Positions 1 to 9,344 are shown, counted from the stretch's first letter. The stretch: 31,563 nucleotides of DNA from a virus (IMGVR_UViG_3300012890_000011:1-31563); one strand, 5' to 3'. Made by a program: numbers and translations. Notes: a model not told the origin generated them from the letters alone.

Positions 1-1
1 G

Positions 2-760
2 ATGACGCCGTCGGGGCGATCCTACATCGAGACGCTCGACAACCTCACCGGCGCGCGCCGGCTGCGCCTGCGGTTCGGGAAGTGGGTCCAGGCCGAGGGC
101 GTCGTCTACGAGGAGTACGACCGCGCGGTCAACCTCGTCGACCGCTTCGACGTCCCGGACTCCTGGACGCGCTACCTCGTCGTCGACTTCGGCTTCAACA
201 ACCCGTTCGTCGCGCAGTGGTGGGCCGAGGATCCCGACGGCGCGCTCGTCCGCTACCGCGAGATCTACCACACGGGGCTTCTCGTCGAGGACGCGGCGAA
301 GGAGATCGCCGAACTCTCGAAGGGAGAACCGAGGTGGCGCAAGGTCGTCTGCGACCACGACGCCGAGGGACGGGCCACGCTCGAGCGACATCTCGGCGTC
401 GTCACGACGGCGGCGAAGAAGAACGTCTCCCTCGGGATCCAGCACGTCAAGACGCGGCTCAGGAAAGGGCCGAACGGCAAGCCCGGGATGTACGCGATGC
501 GCGACTCGCTCGTGTCGCGCGATCCTGCCCTCGAGGCGAAGAAGAAGCCCTGCAGCACGGACCAGGAGTACGACGGCTACGTCTGGGACACCTCGAACAA
601 ACAGAAGAAGGGCGAGCAGCCGGTCAAGGAGAACGACCACGGCATGGACGCCGAGCGGTACATGGTCGCCGAGATCGATCTGCCCGACGAGAAGCCCAAG
701 GACACGCCGGTCACGATCCCCGCGCATCTGCGGATGATGGGCGCGACGCTCCCGAGATAG
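2..760 (+). CDS. terL: Terminase large subunit, C-terminal RNase H-like nuclease domain (5' truncated by window edge)
   Basis: Motifs GKWVQAEGVVY, VDFGFNNP, VCDHDAE and KENDHGMDAERY typical of PBSX/terminase_6 C-termini; directly upstream of the portal. Confidence 0.93.
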   Translation: MTPSGRSYIETLDNLTGARRLRLRFGKWVQAEGVVYEEYDRAVNLVDRFDVPDSWTRYLVVDFGFNNPFVAQWWAEDPDGALVRYREIYHTGLLVEDAAKEIAELSKGEPRWRKVVCDHDAEGRATLERHLGVVTTAAKKNVSLGIQHVKTRLRKGPNGKPGMYAMRDSLVSRDPALEAKKKPCSTDQEYDGYVWDTSNKQKKGEQPVKENDHGMDAERYMVAEIDLPDEKPKDTPVTIPAHLRMMGATLPR

Positions 761-764
761 ATCC

Positions 765-2204
765 ATGTCCACCCCTAACGCAATCATGCCTGCCCGCTTG
801 CAGACCGGCGTCCGCACGTCTCAGCCGAGCGGACACGATCCGTACGCCCGAGGCGGCATCGGCAACGTGGTTCGACGCGGAGTCGACCCGCTCATCGACC
901 TCAGCACGCAAGAGGGCGTGGCCCGGCTCTACGAGGGCAACGGGCTCCGTCTGCTCAAGGTTCTCCCGGACGTCCACCCGATGTTCGACAAGGAGCTTTG
1001 GAACGTCCTCAACCTCGCCTGCGCGCCGGGCGACCTCAGCGTTTCCGCCGTGGTGGACGACGGCAACGGCGAGGAGGTCGACGACGAAGCGACCGCGTCG
1101 CTCAAGGCCGTCTTCCAGAACCTTCCCGCGGAGATCGGCGGCATGGCGGGCCTAGCGCGCCAGCTCACGCAAGAGGCGATGCTGACCGGCCTTCCTTGTC
1201 TCGAGGCGGTGCCTGGCCCGACCGGAAGCGGGCTCGTCGGGATCTTCCCGGTCGATTCGCTCACGGTCGGTTTCCGACGGGAGGCCGATTACAGCCTGGT
1301 TCCTCGCCAACGGCAAAACAGAGCGAGCGGCCACAGTTGGGTCGACCTTGACCTGCGGACGTTCTTCTGGCGCGCGATGAACCCGATGGTGGACAACCCT
1401 TACGGGCGCCCTCCTCTCGGCGTCGCGCTTCACGCGTGTCTCGGGGACATCGCCATGATCGCGGACCTTAAGCGGGCGATCCACCTCGTTGGGCATCCAA
1501 GGCTCGACCAGTCCTTCGACTTCCAGGAGTCGGTCAATTTCGCCGTCCTGACCCTCAAGATGAAGCCTACGGAGGCGAACGAGTGGGCCTTCAAGCAGTT
1601 CCTCCGGGCCCGACAGCTCGCGACCGAGCTGCGGACCGACGACGTCCTGCTCCACGACAAGAACATCGAGACGAAGGTGCTCGAGGGCGGCGCCGGGTTC
1701 GCGGGACTGGAACCGATCCTCGCGTTCTTGCGGCACAACGTCATCGTCGCGCTCAAGTCGATGCCGACCCTTATGGGCGTCAACGACGGATCGACCCAGA
1801 CCTACACGACGGTCGAGTGGGCCATCTACGCTTCGGGGCTCGAGTCCGCGCGCGGGCTCGTCGCGGAGCTGCTCTGGCAAGCCGCCTCGCTCCACTTCCG
1901 TCTTATCGGGAGCAAGGCGAGGCCCAAGGTCAAGACGAAGCCGATCCGGACGACGGACAACATGGTGGAGGCCCAGACCGAGGCCATCAAGATCCGCAAC
2001 GAGCGGATCAAGTACGACGACGGCCTCATCGGCCCCGAGGACTACTCCAGGAACGTCACCGGCTCGGCGCCGTACGATCTGGCGAAGCTGAAGGCGAGGC
2101 CCGCTCTGGATGCCGCTGCGCGCCAGGGTTCCACGACAGGCGAAACCGCCGCCACGGTGCGCTTCGGACGTGCGGGAGAGCCCGCCAAGCGGGTTCAGGC
2201 TTGA
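765..2204 (+). CDS. Portal protein (DUF935 / Mu gp29-like)
   Basis: 479 aa right after terL; NPYGRPPL motif and PTLMGVNDGSTQTYTTVEW segment typical of portals. Confidence 0.85.
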   Translation: MSTPNAIMPARLQTGVRTSQPSGHDPYARGGIGNVVRRGVDPLIDLSTQEGVARLYEGNGLRLLKVLPDVHPMFDKELWNVLNLACAPGDLSVSAVVDDGNGEEVDDEATASLKAVFQNLPAEIGGMAGLARQLTQEAMLTGLPCLEAVPGPTGSGLVGIFPVDSLTVGFRREADYSLVPRQRQNRASGHSWVDLDLRTFFWRAMNPMVDNPYGRPPLGVALHACLGDIAMIADLKRAIHLVGHPRLDQSFDFQESVNFAVLTLKMKPTEANEWAFKQFLRARQLATELRTDDVLLHDKNIETKVLEGGAGFAGLEPILAFLRHNVIVALKSMPTLMGVNDGSTQTYTTVEWAIYASGLESARGLVAELLWQAASLHFRLIGSKARPKVKTKPIRTTDNMVEAQTEAIKIRNERIKYDDGLIGPEDYSRNVTGSAPYDLAKLKARPALDAAARQGSTTGETAATVRFGRAGEPAKRVQA

Positions 2205-2920
2205 CGCTCTTCCCGTGGCTCGCCGCCCGGGCGAAGCCCGAGCCTGAACCGCCGGACGACGACGACGCGGACGAGGGGCAAGCGGTCTCGAAAGAGGAGC
2301 GCCGCCACTACCTCCTCGCCTTCCGGCTCATGCGGAAGGAGACGGACCGCCGCGTCGTCGAGCTGACGCGCCTTCTCTCCACCGGAGACCTGGACTCGCG
2401 CGAATGGGCCGAGGCTTTCCGAAAGGAGCTTCGCGCCGCCCACTCGGAAGCATGGGCGATCGGGCGAAGGCTGGCCGGCCATGTCGGCGCGGTCGGCGAG
2501 GACGACGTCGCCGCCGGTCTCGCCGCCTGGGATCGCCAGGAGCGATTCTTCACAAGGTTCCTGGCCGACGTGGAGAGCGGCCGCTACACGAAGAAGGCGG
2601 AAGAGGGCGAGGACGCGGCGCTGAACGAGAAGGCGGTCAACGATCGCTCCCTCAAGTACGTCGCGTCGGTCAAGGGCACCGCCCACGAGTCGTTCCGGGT
2701 CGCCCTAAGGGATGAGCCGACGAACTGGAACCTCGGCCTCTCGGCGCACTGCAAGCCGTCGAAGTCGCATCCCTACGACTGTCCGAGTCTCGCCGGGCAG
2801 AGCCCGAAGCCCGCCGACGAATGGCCCACCGCCCCCGGCCGTGGTGAATGTCCGTGCGGGGGCAACTGCACGTGCTTCCTGTCGACGGTGGACGGAAGCC
2901 ACAGCACCGAAGGGATCTAA
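2201..2920 (+). CDS. Minor head / head morphogenesis protein (Mu gpF / SPP1 gp7-like)
   Basis: TTG start overlaps the portal stop (TTGA), in frame with ORF 1583..2920; C-terminal W..G..HC...C...PG.G.C.C..NC.C cysteine pattern; position after portal. Confidence 0.75.
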   Translation: MTLFPWLAARAKPEPEPPDDDDADEGQAVSKEERRHYLLAFRLMRKETDRRVVELTRLLSTGDLDSREWAEAFRKELRAAHSEAWAIGRRLAGHVGAVGEDDVAAGLAAWDRQERFFTRFLADVESGRYTKKAEEGEDAALNEKAVNDRSLKYVASVKGTAHESFRVALRDEPTNWNLGLSAHCKPSKSHPYDCPSLAGQSPKPADEWPTAPGRGECPCGGNCTCFLSTVDGSHSTEGI

Positions 2921-2932
2921 GGCTTTGTCCGC

Positions 2933-3220
2933 CTAAGCGCTGGAGCCCTGCTCGAATCGATCAAGCACTTTTTCCGCCCACTCGCGCTCCTGGAACGCAT
3001 CGCCGAACTCGGGGTTCTTCGATGGAACGGTCCGGATGCGGGCGTTGGTCGCGTCCTTGACCGGAAACCACGCGGTTACGATCCGTCCATTTCGGATTCG
3101 CGCCTTGCCGATAAAACGGTTACCCGGAACGTCGATCGCTCGTACGAGCATCTTCCCACCCTTCGGCACGGATGATGAGCCCGTCGCGTGGTTCACGAAG
3201 ACCCCATAGCGGTCGTCCAT
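2933..3220 (-). CDS. Hypothetical 95-aa protein, antisense moron
   Basis: Fills the gap between gpF and the protease; lower GC; protein-like composition; TAAACT 5 nt before the ATG. Confidence 0.55.
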   Translation of the reverse strand: MDDRYGVFVNHATGSSSVPKGGKMLVRAIDVPGNRFIGKARIRNGRIVTAWFPVKDATNARIRTVPSKNPEFGDAFQEREWAEKVLDRFEQGSSA

Positions 3221-3241
3221 AGCTCAGTTTACATATTGCTG

Positions 3242-3281
3242 CGGCCCCGCCTCCCTCCTGGGACGCGGGGCCGTTCTCGTT
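3242..3281 (+). terminator. GC hairpin with pyrimidine tail, putative intrinsic terminator
   Basis: cggccccgc(ctccc-tcct-gggac)gcggggccg followed by ttctcgtt. Confidence 0.55.
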
Positions 3282-3297
3282 CGGACGGACACCTCTT

Positions 3298-3366
3298 ATG
3301 AAATCTAACTGCACCCACGATCTAGCCGGTCAGACGGTCGGCCTTCTCGACGGTGAGGGCTCGTGA
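3298..3366 (+). CDS. 22-aa mini-ORF MKSNCTHDLAGQTVGLLDGEGS, resembling the gpF C-terminus
   Basis: ATG at 3298; TGA overlaps the GTG of the protease ORF (GTGA); NCT..L...EG pattern shared with the gpF end. Confidence 0.4.
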   Translation: MKSNCTHDLAGQTVGLLDGEGS

Positions 3367-5063
3367 GCCCCGCCGCTGTATCCGGGATGGACCTGCTGGA
3401 CCTTGCGAGGATGCACAGCGCCGTTTGGGCCATCGAGAACGGCTATGCCCAAGGCGCTCTGACCTACCTGACCGAGACCCAGTACGAGGCCCACATGGCG
3501 GCTTACGAAGCTCGCGTCGCCGCGCCCGCCCCGGTTCCCAACCGCGTTCGCCCGGAGGACCGGATGTACGCCATCGAGGGCGGCGTCGCCATGATCCCGA
3601 TCAACGGCGTCATGACGATGAAGCCCACGAGCTTCGGCGGCTGCTCGACGATCCTGACCCGCCGAGCGGTCCGGATGGCGTCGATCGACCAGGACGTGAA
3701 GTCCATCGTGCTCCTCGTCAACAGTCCCGGCGGAACCGTCGAAGGCACCGAGGAACTCGCCCTCGTCGTCGGTGAGGCGGCGAAGCTCAAGAACGTCACC
3801 TCGTACATCCAGGGCGGCTGTCACAGCGCCGCCTTCTGGGTCTCCGTCTACTCTTCCAGGATCGTTTCCCACCGCCTAGCCCTCTGCGGCTCGATCGGCG
3901 CGATGAACTCGATCCAGGACACGAGCGAGCAGGCGGCGAAGGAAGGGCGCAGGACGATCCTCGTCGCGAGCCGACCGCTCAAGGGTCAGGGGACGCCCGG
4001 CGTTCCCGTCAGCCCGGAGGCGGTGAAGATGCTGGAGGGGCATATCCAGTACTTCGGCGACGCCTTCGACCAGGTCGTGCTCAGCAACCGAAAGCTGACC
4101 GCCGCCCAGGCCAAGGAGGCGTTCACCGGCGGGACGTTCACCGCGCCCGACGCCCTGCGCCTCGGCCTCATCGACGCGATCCAGCCTTTCGACGAGGTCA
4201 TGGCGGAGCTTCAGGAGAGCGCGGTCACGGTGGACGACGTCGAGCCCGACGTCTCCGACGGCGAGATCCGCGACCGAGCGGGGCGCCCGAAGGTCGGCGT
4301 TCCGACCGACCCTCAGCGCGAGGCGAGCGCCCTCCTCGCCAGCCTCGCGCTGCGACCCACGATTTCCGCCCGCGAGGGCGGCGACGCGCGCCCTCGCGCG
4401 GAGAATCCCAGGCCCAACGGGGCCCCAGAGAACACCATGAGCGACCAGCCAAGCAACTGGAAGAACCGACTGGCCGATGCCTTCCGCTCGCGCGGGAAAA
4501 GCATCGTAGCCTCCAATCTCGACAACACGACGCGCGAGGACCCGGATCACATCTCCCGCGTGATCACCGAGTCGATCGACGCCCAGGTGGCCGATCACCT
4601 CGCCAACGATCCGCTCTCCCGAGCGGTCGGCGCGCGCAACATCCGCTCCGTCGAGGACCTGAACGCGATGGCGGCCCACGCGGCTATCGGCGAACGTCTC
4701 CTGAACAAAACCCGCGCGGAGACCCACCGCCTCGCGGTCGTCGCCTTCGGCGAGGTCAACGGCCCTCGCTTCTCGGCGTCGGTCGATCACCTCCCCTACG
4801 ACCAGGCGGTCGAGATGTGCGAGTCCTTCCGCGCCCAGGCGGGTGAGGCGTTCGAGACGACGCCGACCCAGCCCGCAAGCCGTCGGACCGTGCCGACCGA
4901 CCCCACCGCTCGCGGCAAGGACGCGACGGAGAACCCGAATCGGGCCTTCGACAAGCTCGACGCCACCGCGAAGGCGATGGTGATCGCCCGCGCCCCCGAC
5001 GACGAGAAGCGACAGGACGCTCTCGCCGCCGAGTACCTCAAGTCCATCCAGGAGATCGAATAA
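3363..5063 (+). CDS. S49 (SppA / lambda gpC-like) prohead protease with C-terminal scaffold region
   Basis: VNSPGGTVEG, CHSAAFW (catalytic Ser), GSIGA and ALRLGLIDAIQPFDEV motifs; start is GTG 3363 or ATG 3387. Confidence 0.9.
   Translation: MSPAAVSGMDLLDLARMHSAVWAIENGYAQGALTYLTETQYEAHMAAYEARVAAPAPVPNRVRPEDRMYAIEGGVAMIPINGVMTMKPTSFGGCSTILTRRAVRMASIDQDVKSIVLLVNSPGGTVEGTEELALVVGEAAKLKNVTSYIQGGCHSAAFWVSVYSSRIVSHRLALCGSIGAMNSIQDTSEQAAKEGRRTILVASRPLKGQGTPGVPVSPEAVKMLEGHIQYFGDAFDQVVLSNRKLTAAQAKEAFTGGTFTAPDALRLGLIDAIQPFDEVMAELQESAVTVDDVEPDVSDGEIRDRAGRPKVGVPTDPQREASALLASLALRPTISAREGGDARPRAENPRPNGAPENTMSDQPSNWKNRLADAFRSRGKSIVASNLDNTTREDPDHISRVITESIDAQVADHLANDPLSRAVGARNIRSVEDLNAMAAHAAIGERLLNKTRAETHRLAVVAFGEVNGPRFSASVDHLPYDQAVEMCESFRAQAGEAFETTPTQPASRRTVPTDPTARGKDATENPNRAFDKLDATAKAMVIARAPDDEKRQDALAAEYLKSIQEIE
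4437..5063 (+). CDS. Probable nested scaffolding protein (lambda Nu3-like internal start)
   Basis: In-frame ATG (gagaacaccATG AGC GAC) after a disordered linker; helical acidic C-terminal part; known lambda C/Nu3 arrangement. Confidence 0.5.
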   Translation: MSDQPSNWKNRLADAFRSRGKSIVASNLDNTTREDPDHISRVITESIDAQVADHLANDPLSRAVGARNIRSVEDLNAMAAHAAIGERLLNKTRAETHRLAVVAFGEVNGPRFSASVDHLPYDQAVEMCESFRAQAGEAFETTPTQPASRRTVPTDPTARGKDATENPNRAFDKLDATAKAMVIARAPDDEKRQDALAAEYLKSIQEIE

Positions 5064-5492
5064 ATGGCTGCTGCCTCTATCGACCGCGACGGTCTCCGCA
5101 AGGACGCCGACCTCGTCGCCTTTCCCATGGCGGCCAGCACGAAGGTCTACAACGACACTCTCGTGTTCAACCTGGGCGGAACCGGCTTCGTCGGTCCCGC
5201 CCGAACCGGAAACGCCAACGACCTGTTCGCAGGCGTCGCCCAGGGCGGCGTCGACAACTCGAACGGCGTCGCCGGCGCGAAGAAGGCCCGCCTCAAGCGC
5301 AACGGCTCCTTCGCCTTCGCCATCGCCGTAGCGCCCACCCCCGCGCTCAACGGCCAGCCCGCCTACGCGGCGGACGACTCGACCGTGACCGCCACCGCTA
5401 CCGGCGCGATCAAGGTCGGCACGTTCATCTACGACGAGCAGCTCGCCCCCGCGGGCCTCGTCCGGGTGGACGTCTCCAAGGGGGTCGCCTAA
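5064..5492 (+). CDS. Head decoration / capsid cement protein (DUF2190-like)
   Basis: 142 aa, Ala/Gly-rich; FAGVA, G.PAYAADD.TVT and IKVG motifs; between scaffold and capsid. Confidence 0.75.
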   Translation: MAAASIDRDGLRKDADLVAFPMAASTKVYNDTLVFNLGGTGFVGPARTGNANDLFAGVAQGGVDNSNGVAGAKKARLKRNGSFAFAIAVAPTPALNGQPAYAADDSTVTATATGAIKVGTFIYDEQLAPAGLVRVDVSKGVA

Positions 5493-5495
5493 GCC

Positions 5496-6398
5496 ATGAT
5501 CACCGCCGCACAACTCGCCTTCATCAAGACGGAGGTCCGCGACGAGCTTCGCGAGGCCTTCCGCGCCAAGCCCGCCGACGACCTTCTGTATCCGAAGATC
5601 GCCCTCAACGTCCCGACCAAGTCGAAGACGAACAAGTTCAGCGGGCTGGGCGCGCGCCCCGGCTTCAAGCTGCTTGAGGACCGCATGGCGGCCGAGCGGA
5701 TGAACCAGTACCCGTACGAGCTGACCGACAGGACGTACTACGACCTCATCACCATCGAGCGCGAGGCCATCGAGGACGACGCCACCGGACAGTTCGTCGC
5801 CGACGCCAGGCGCATCGGCGAGGGCGCGAACCCGTTCCGCGAGCAGCAGACCGTCAACCTCCTCGTGAACGGCCGCACGGGCATCTGCTACGACGGCCAG
5901 CCGTTCTTCAACGGCCAGCACAAGGGCGGGGTGCTCAACGCGCCCGGCCAGACCGTCCTTCAGACCAACGTCGCCACGGACGTCCTGTCGGCGGGGAACC
6001 TGGAAAAGGCCCTCGGCATCATCGGCAACTGGGTCGACGACAAGGGCAATCCCTTCGGCCTGCTCCCGGACACCCTTCTGGTCGGCGCGGGCAACCTCGT
6101 GAAGGCGTCCGACCTCCTGCGCAACGACCTGGTGGGCAAGACGACGCTCAACAGCATCCTCCAGCCCCGGGCGTCGGCGCTCGTTCCGGGCAACGCCTGG
6201 TTCCTGCTCTACACGCGCGGAGCGAAGCCGCTCATCCGCACCTACCGCACCGATATCGGCGAGAACGGCCTCGACCTGAACGATAACATCGGCAGTCGGG
6301 ACGCGTGGTCGAAGGGGGAGTGGGAGATCGGCGCCCGCATCCGCGAGGCGTACGGCTACGGCCCGTGGTGGACTGGGTACGGGAGCTTCCCCGCGTGA
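5496..6398 (+). CDS. Major capsid protein, Mu gpT-like
   Basis: ITIEREAIEDD..G, CYDGQPFF...H, PDTLLVG, AWFLL...KPLI and R.AYGYGPW..GYGS motifs of the Mu-like gpT family. Confidence 0.92.
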   Translation: MITAAQLAFIKTEVRDELREAFRAKPADDLLYPKIALNVPTKSKTNKFSGLGARPGFKLLEDRMAAERMNQYPYELTDRTYYDLITIEREAIEDDATGQFVADARRIGEGANPFREQQTVNLLVNGRTGICYDGQPFFNGQHKGGVLNAPGQTVLQTNVATDVLSAGNLEKALGIIGNWVDDKGNPFGLLPDTLLVGAGNLVKASDLLRNDLVGKTTLNSILQPRASALVPGNAWFLLYTRGAKPLIRTYRTDIGENGLDLNDNIGSRDAWSKGEWEIGARIREAYGYGPWWTGYGSFPA

Positions 6399-7147
6399 TC
6401 GCCGTCTGGACGGTCACGGGGAAACCCATGCTCGTCGGCAAGGCGGTCCTCGACCCGATCGTGCCGACCCTCTTCAACGAGCTTCCCGAGGAGGTCGCGT
6501 TCCAGGCCGTCAACCTGCGCATCGAGGAGGTTTCGGGGCCGAGTTCCCCGAGCCTCGGCGGCGGCGCGTGGCGGGACGAGGACGGCGAGACGCACGGGTC
6601 ATCCTCCGATGTCTCCGAGGAGGTTCCCGCCGGCATCACGATCGAGGCGTACGACGCCCTGGTCTCCGAGCGCGACACCCTCCGCACCCAGCTCACCAAG
6701 ATTCACGGGGATCTCAACGAAGCGAGGCTGAGGGCCAACCCTTCCGACGAGGATCTTGGCGAGGTCGCCAAGGAACGGGGCTTCGTGCTCGTCAGCGATC
6801 GCGACCACGACACGCTCACCCAGGCGATCGTCGACCTGACGAGCGAGCGGGACGCGGCCCGGACCGATCTCGCGGAGGCGAACGATGCAAAGGCGGCTGC
6901 CGAAGGCCAGATCGGGGATCTTCGGACCCAGATCGAGTCCTCTGCCGCCGAACTCGCTCCGACGCCCCCGCCCGTGGATCCGAACCCCGCGCTCATGGAG
7001 GCGATCGACGCCGTGCTCGCCGCCTCGGCGACGACGCTCGAGCGTCTTCCGGAAGATGCGCTCGGGAAGCTCGCCAAGCTGAAGGGGATCGACCCGATGC
7101 CCGACAGCAAGGCGAAGCTCGTGGAGGCGCTCAAACCGGCCGGGTAG
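6395..7147 (+). CDS. Acidic coiled-coil protein with C-terminal Rho-N/HeH-like helical module
   Basis: GTG overlaps the capsid stop (GTGA); heptad segments; C-terminal LGKLAKLKGIDPMPDSKAKLVEAL. Confidence 0.65.
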   Translation: MIAVWTVTGKPMLVGKAVLDPIVPTLFNELPEEVAFQAVNLRIEEVSGPSSPSLGGGAWRDEDGETHGSSSDVSEEVPAGITIEAYDALVSERDTLRTQLTKIHGDLNEARLRANPSDEDLGEVAKERGFVLVSDRDHDTLTQAIVDLTSERDAARTDLAEANDAKAAAEGQIGDLRTQIESSAAELAPTPPPVDPNPALMEAIDAVLAASATTLERLPEDALGKLAKLKGIDPMPDSKAKLVEALKPAG

Positions 7148-7162
7148 GGCCGAGAAGGCCCT

Positions 7163-7657
7163 ATGCCCGACTTCTCCCCCGTCTATCCGTGGATCCGGCT
7201 CTGTCTCCAGGACAGCGCGCCGGAGACCGGGCCTTTCGCCATCGCCAACGCCTACTTCGATCCAACGATCAAGAGCGCGCTGCGGGACTCCGTTCCTAAG
7301 GCGGCGATCGTCAAGGCGGGGCTGGTCGATTCCGGCGCTTTCTTCGACGCTTTGGTGGGCGACGACAAAGACCGGCTCGCCGAGGCGGTCGGGCTGCTCG
7401 TCGCCGCCCGCCTCATCCGCCCCCTGACCACGGGCGGCGCCAACGGGCATCTTCTCTCCGAGAAGACGGAACAGGTCTCCCGCACCTTCGCCGCCGGTCC
7501 CGGCAGCAAGGAGGAGTGGGAGACCCGCGCCAAGGACCTGATCGAAGAGTGCGCGTTCTTCGAGGTGGCCGACACTCCCGCTTTGGTCGGCGGCCTGGTC
7601 ATCGACGCCGCCGGTCCCTCTCGCGGCAGGTACGAGTCGCGCTGGAGGGACGATTGA
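7163..7657 (+). CDS. Probable head-tail connector / adaptor
   Basis: 164 aa, helical, AVGLLVAARL; called mainly on synteny. Confidence 0.6.
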   Translation: MPDFSPVYPWIRLCLQDSAPETGPFAIANAYFDPTIKSALRDSVPKAAIVKAGLVDSGAFFDALVGDDKDRLAEAVGLLVAARLIRPLTTGGANGHLLSEKTEQVSRTFAAGPGSKEEWETRAKDLIEECAFFEVADTPALVGGLVIDAAGPSRGRYESRWRDD

Positions 7658-8049
7658 GCGCCGCCGCCCGGCGGTTCACCGGGCTTAGGGGCCGCCTCAC
7701 CGGGGGCGGCTTCGACAAGTGGTGTCGGATCGAGACGCCACCGGCCGGGGAGCCTGAGCCGAACGGCGCGGGTGGGTGGCTAGAGCCCACCCCGGACGTC
7801 CAGGAGAACATCGCCTGCCAAGTGAGATTCCCGCGATCCAACCCCACGTCGCCCGAAGGCGAGGCGGCTCAGACCACCTTGCAGCGGGTGGAGATCCGCT
7901 TGCCCGTGGGCACCCCCGTCTCGGTCGAGTCCCGCATCCTCATCGGTGAAGAGGCCTATGTGGTCCAGGGACACGACACCGGACGATCCTACGCCTCGGA
8001 GATCGTCTGCGACTGCCTCCGCGCGAACGACGGCGAAGCATCCCCATGA
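7654..8049 (+). CDS. Head closure / stopper protein (SPP1 gp16-like)
   Basis: TTG overlaps the upstream stop, GGAGGGA upstream; beta-rich pattern C.I...G.GGW...NIACQV...IRLPVGT.V...RI.IG..Y.V. Confidence 0.7.
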   Translation: MSAAARRFTGLRGRLTGGGFDKWCRIETPPAGEPEPNGAGGWLEPTPDVQENIACQVRFPRSNPTSPEGEAAQTTLQRVEIRLPVGTPVSVESRILIGEEAYVVQGHDTGRSYASEIVCDCLRANDGEASP

Positions 8050-8147
8050 AGATCATCCGTGCATGGTGCGGCGAAACGCCGCTCATCGTCATCGAGGGCG
8101 TCGTGTACCTCCCCTCGCTCACCTACCGACTGCCAGTGCAACCATGA
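8046..8147 (+). CDS. 33-aa microprotein MKIIRAWCGETPLIVIEGVVYLPSLTYRLPVQP
   Basis: ATGA overlaps with both neighbours; exactly fills the gap. Confidence 0.55.
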   Translation: MKIIRAWCGETPLIVIEGVVYLPSLTYRLPVQP

Positions 8148-8458
8148 AGATCAGAGTTCTGCGAAACTTCGGCCTCGACGGGGAAAACCTCGAAGCGGGC
8201 ACGATCGTAACCGTCAATCGCTCCCACTTCGGGGACAACGTCGACACCTTCCAAAACGAGGGCTACTTCGAGGAGGTCGTCGAAGAGACCGCCACCGGCG
8301 CCAAACCGAAGAAGGCCGAGGCGACCAAAAAGCCCGCGACCTCCAAGAAGAAGGGGAAAGCCACCGTGCCCCCCTCGATCCCTGCCGATGTCCCGGCGCC
8401 GTCCGAGCCGCCTACGGAGCCCGCCGCGGAGGCCCCCGTTGCTGTCGATCAAGCTTGA
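8144..8458 (+). CDS. Small virion-associated hypothetical protein with Lys/Pro/Ala-rich tail
   Basis: MKIRVLRNF...G..LEAG.IV N-terminus typical of small head-region proteins; in frame with ORF 7946..8458. Confidence 0.65.
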   Translation: MKIRVLRNFGLDGENLEAGTIVTVNRSHFGDNVDTFQNEGYFEEVVEETATGAKPKKAEATKKPATSKKKGKATVPPSIPADVPAPSEPPTEPAAEAPVAVDQA

Positions 8459-8861
8459 GACGGCGACCCTCGACGCTCTCCCTAAACAGGTCGCCTTGAT
8501 CGCGCTGGAGGTCACGCTCGCGGGGGCCACGGCCACGGCTCAGGACGCGCGGCGGCGGGTCGAGACCCAGGTCGGCTCAGGCGTCCAGTACCCCGGACTG
8601 CCCAACCGGTCGTCCGCTGCGGGCGAATCGCCGGTGAACCAGTCGGGCGACCTTCTCGGGACCATCGGCACGGACCAGGACGGCGTCTCTGGCATCGGCG
8701 CCGACGCGGTTGCGGGCGACGGCTCCGGGAAGGCTCTCGCGCTCGAAGCGGGCACGTCGAACATGGATCCGCGTCCCTTCATGGGACCGGCCTCCGAGGT
8801 CGGGAAGGAAGCGGCAGAGGCCGCGCTGAGCAAGGCGGGCAAGACGCTCGGAAGGATCTAG
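8439..8861 (+). CDS. HK97 gp10-like tail completion protein
   Basis: S.AGESP..QSGDL..TI and LEAGTSNMDPRPFMGPA motifs; TTG start preceded by GGAGG. Confidence 0.85.
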   Translation: MLSIKLETATLDALPKQVALIALEVTLAGATATAQDARRRVETQVGSGVQYPGLPNRSSAAGESPVNQSGDLLGTIGTDQDGVSGIGADAVAGDGSGKALALEAGTSNMDPRPFMGPASEVGKEAAEAALSKAGKTLGRI

Positions 8862-9344
8862 ATGGCAGCGGGACAGCCCTATCTCGAAAGCGACGGCGAC
8901 ACCTTCCTCTACGAGACGCTCTCGTTCGACCCGCTCCTCAAGCGGTGGTTTCCGGGCGGGGTGACGGGGGAGAAGCCGGGCGAGGGCGCTCTAAGGCCGA
9001 CCATCCGTTACTGGCGTCAGTCGCCCGGGACGGACAAGCCCCGGCAGGACGGGAGGATGGGGCGAGCGCTCTCCTCGCCGACCTACGTCCTGGTCTGCCT
9101 CGACCGGCAGGCGGGCGGCTCCGACAAGGTCTACGGCACGATCGGCGGCAAGCTGACCCCGCGCCAACCCCTGTTGCAGATGGGGCAGAGACGCCTCTAC
9201 GACCTGCTCCACGGGCGGACCTTCCAGCACGGCGGCTTCGAGTACGAGGTCTCGTGCAACCCGGAGTACTCCATCACCGAGCCGACCGCCCAGGGCACCC
9301 GCGACGTCCAGGTGGGGTGGTGGGTCCGCATGAACGTCCAGTAG
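8862..9344 (+). CDS. Probable tail terminator protein
   Basis: Between gp10-like gene and tail tube; LYETL..D..L and P.IRY pattern. Confidence 0.6.
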   Translation: MAAGQPYLESDGDTFLYETLSFDPLLKRWFPGGVTGEKPGEGALRPTIRYWRQSPGTDKPRQDGRMGRALSSPTYVLVCLDRQAGGSDKVYGTIGGKLTPRQPLLQMGQRRLYDLLHGRTFQHGGFEYEVSCNPEYSITEPTAQGTRDVQVGWWVRMNVQ

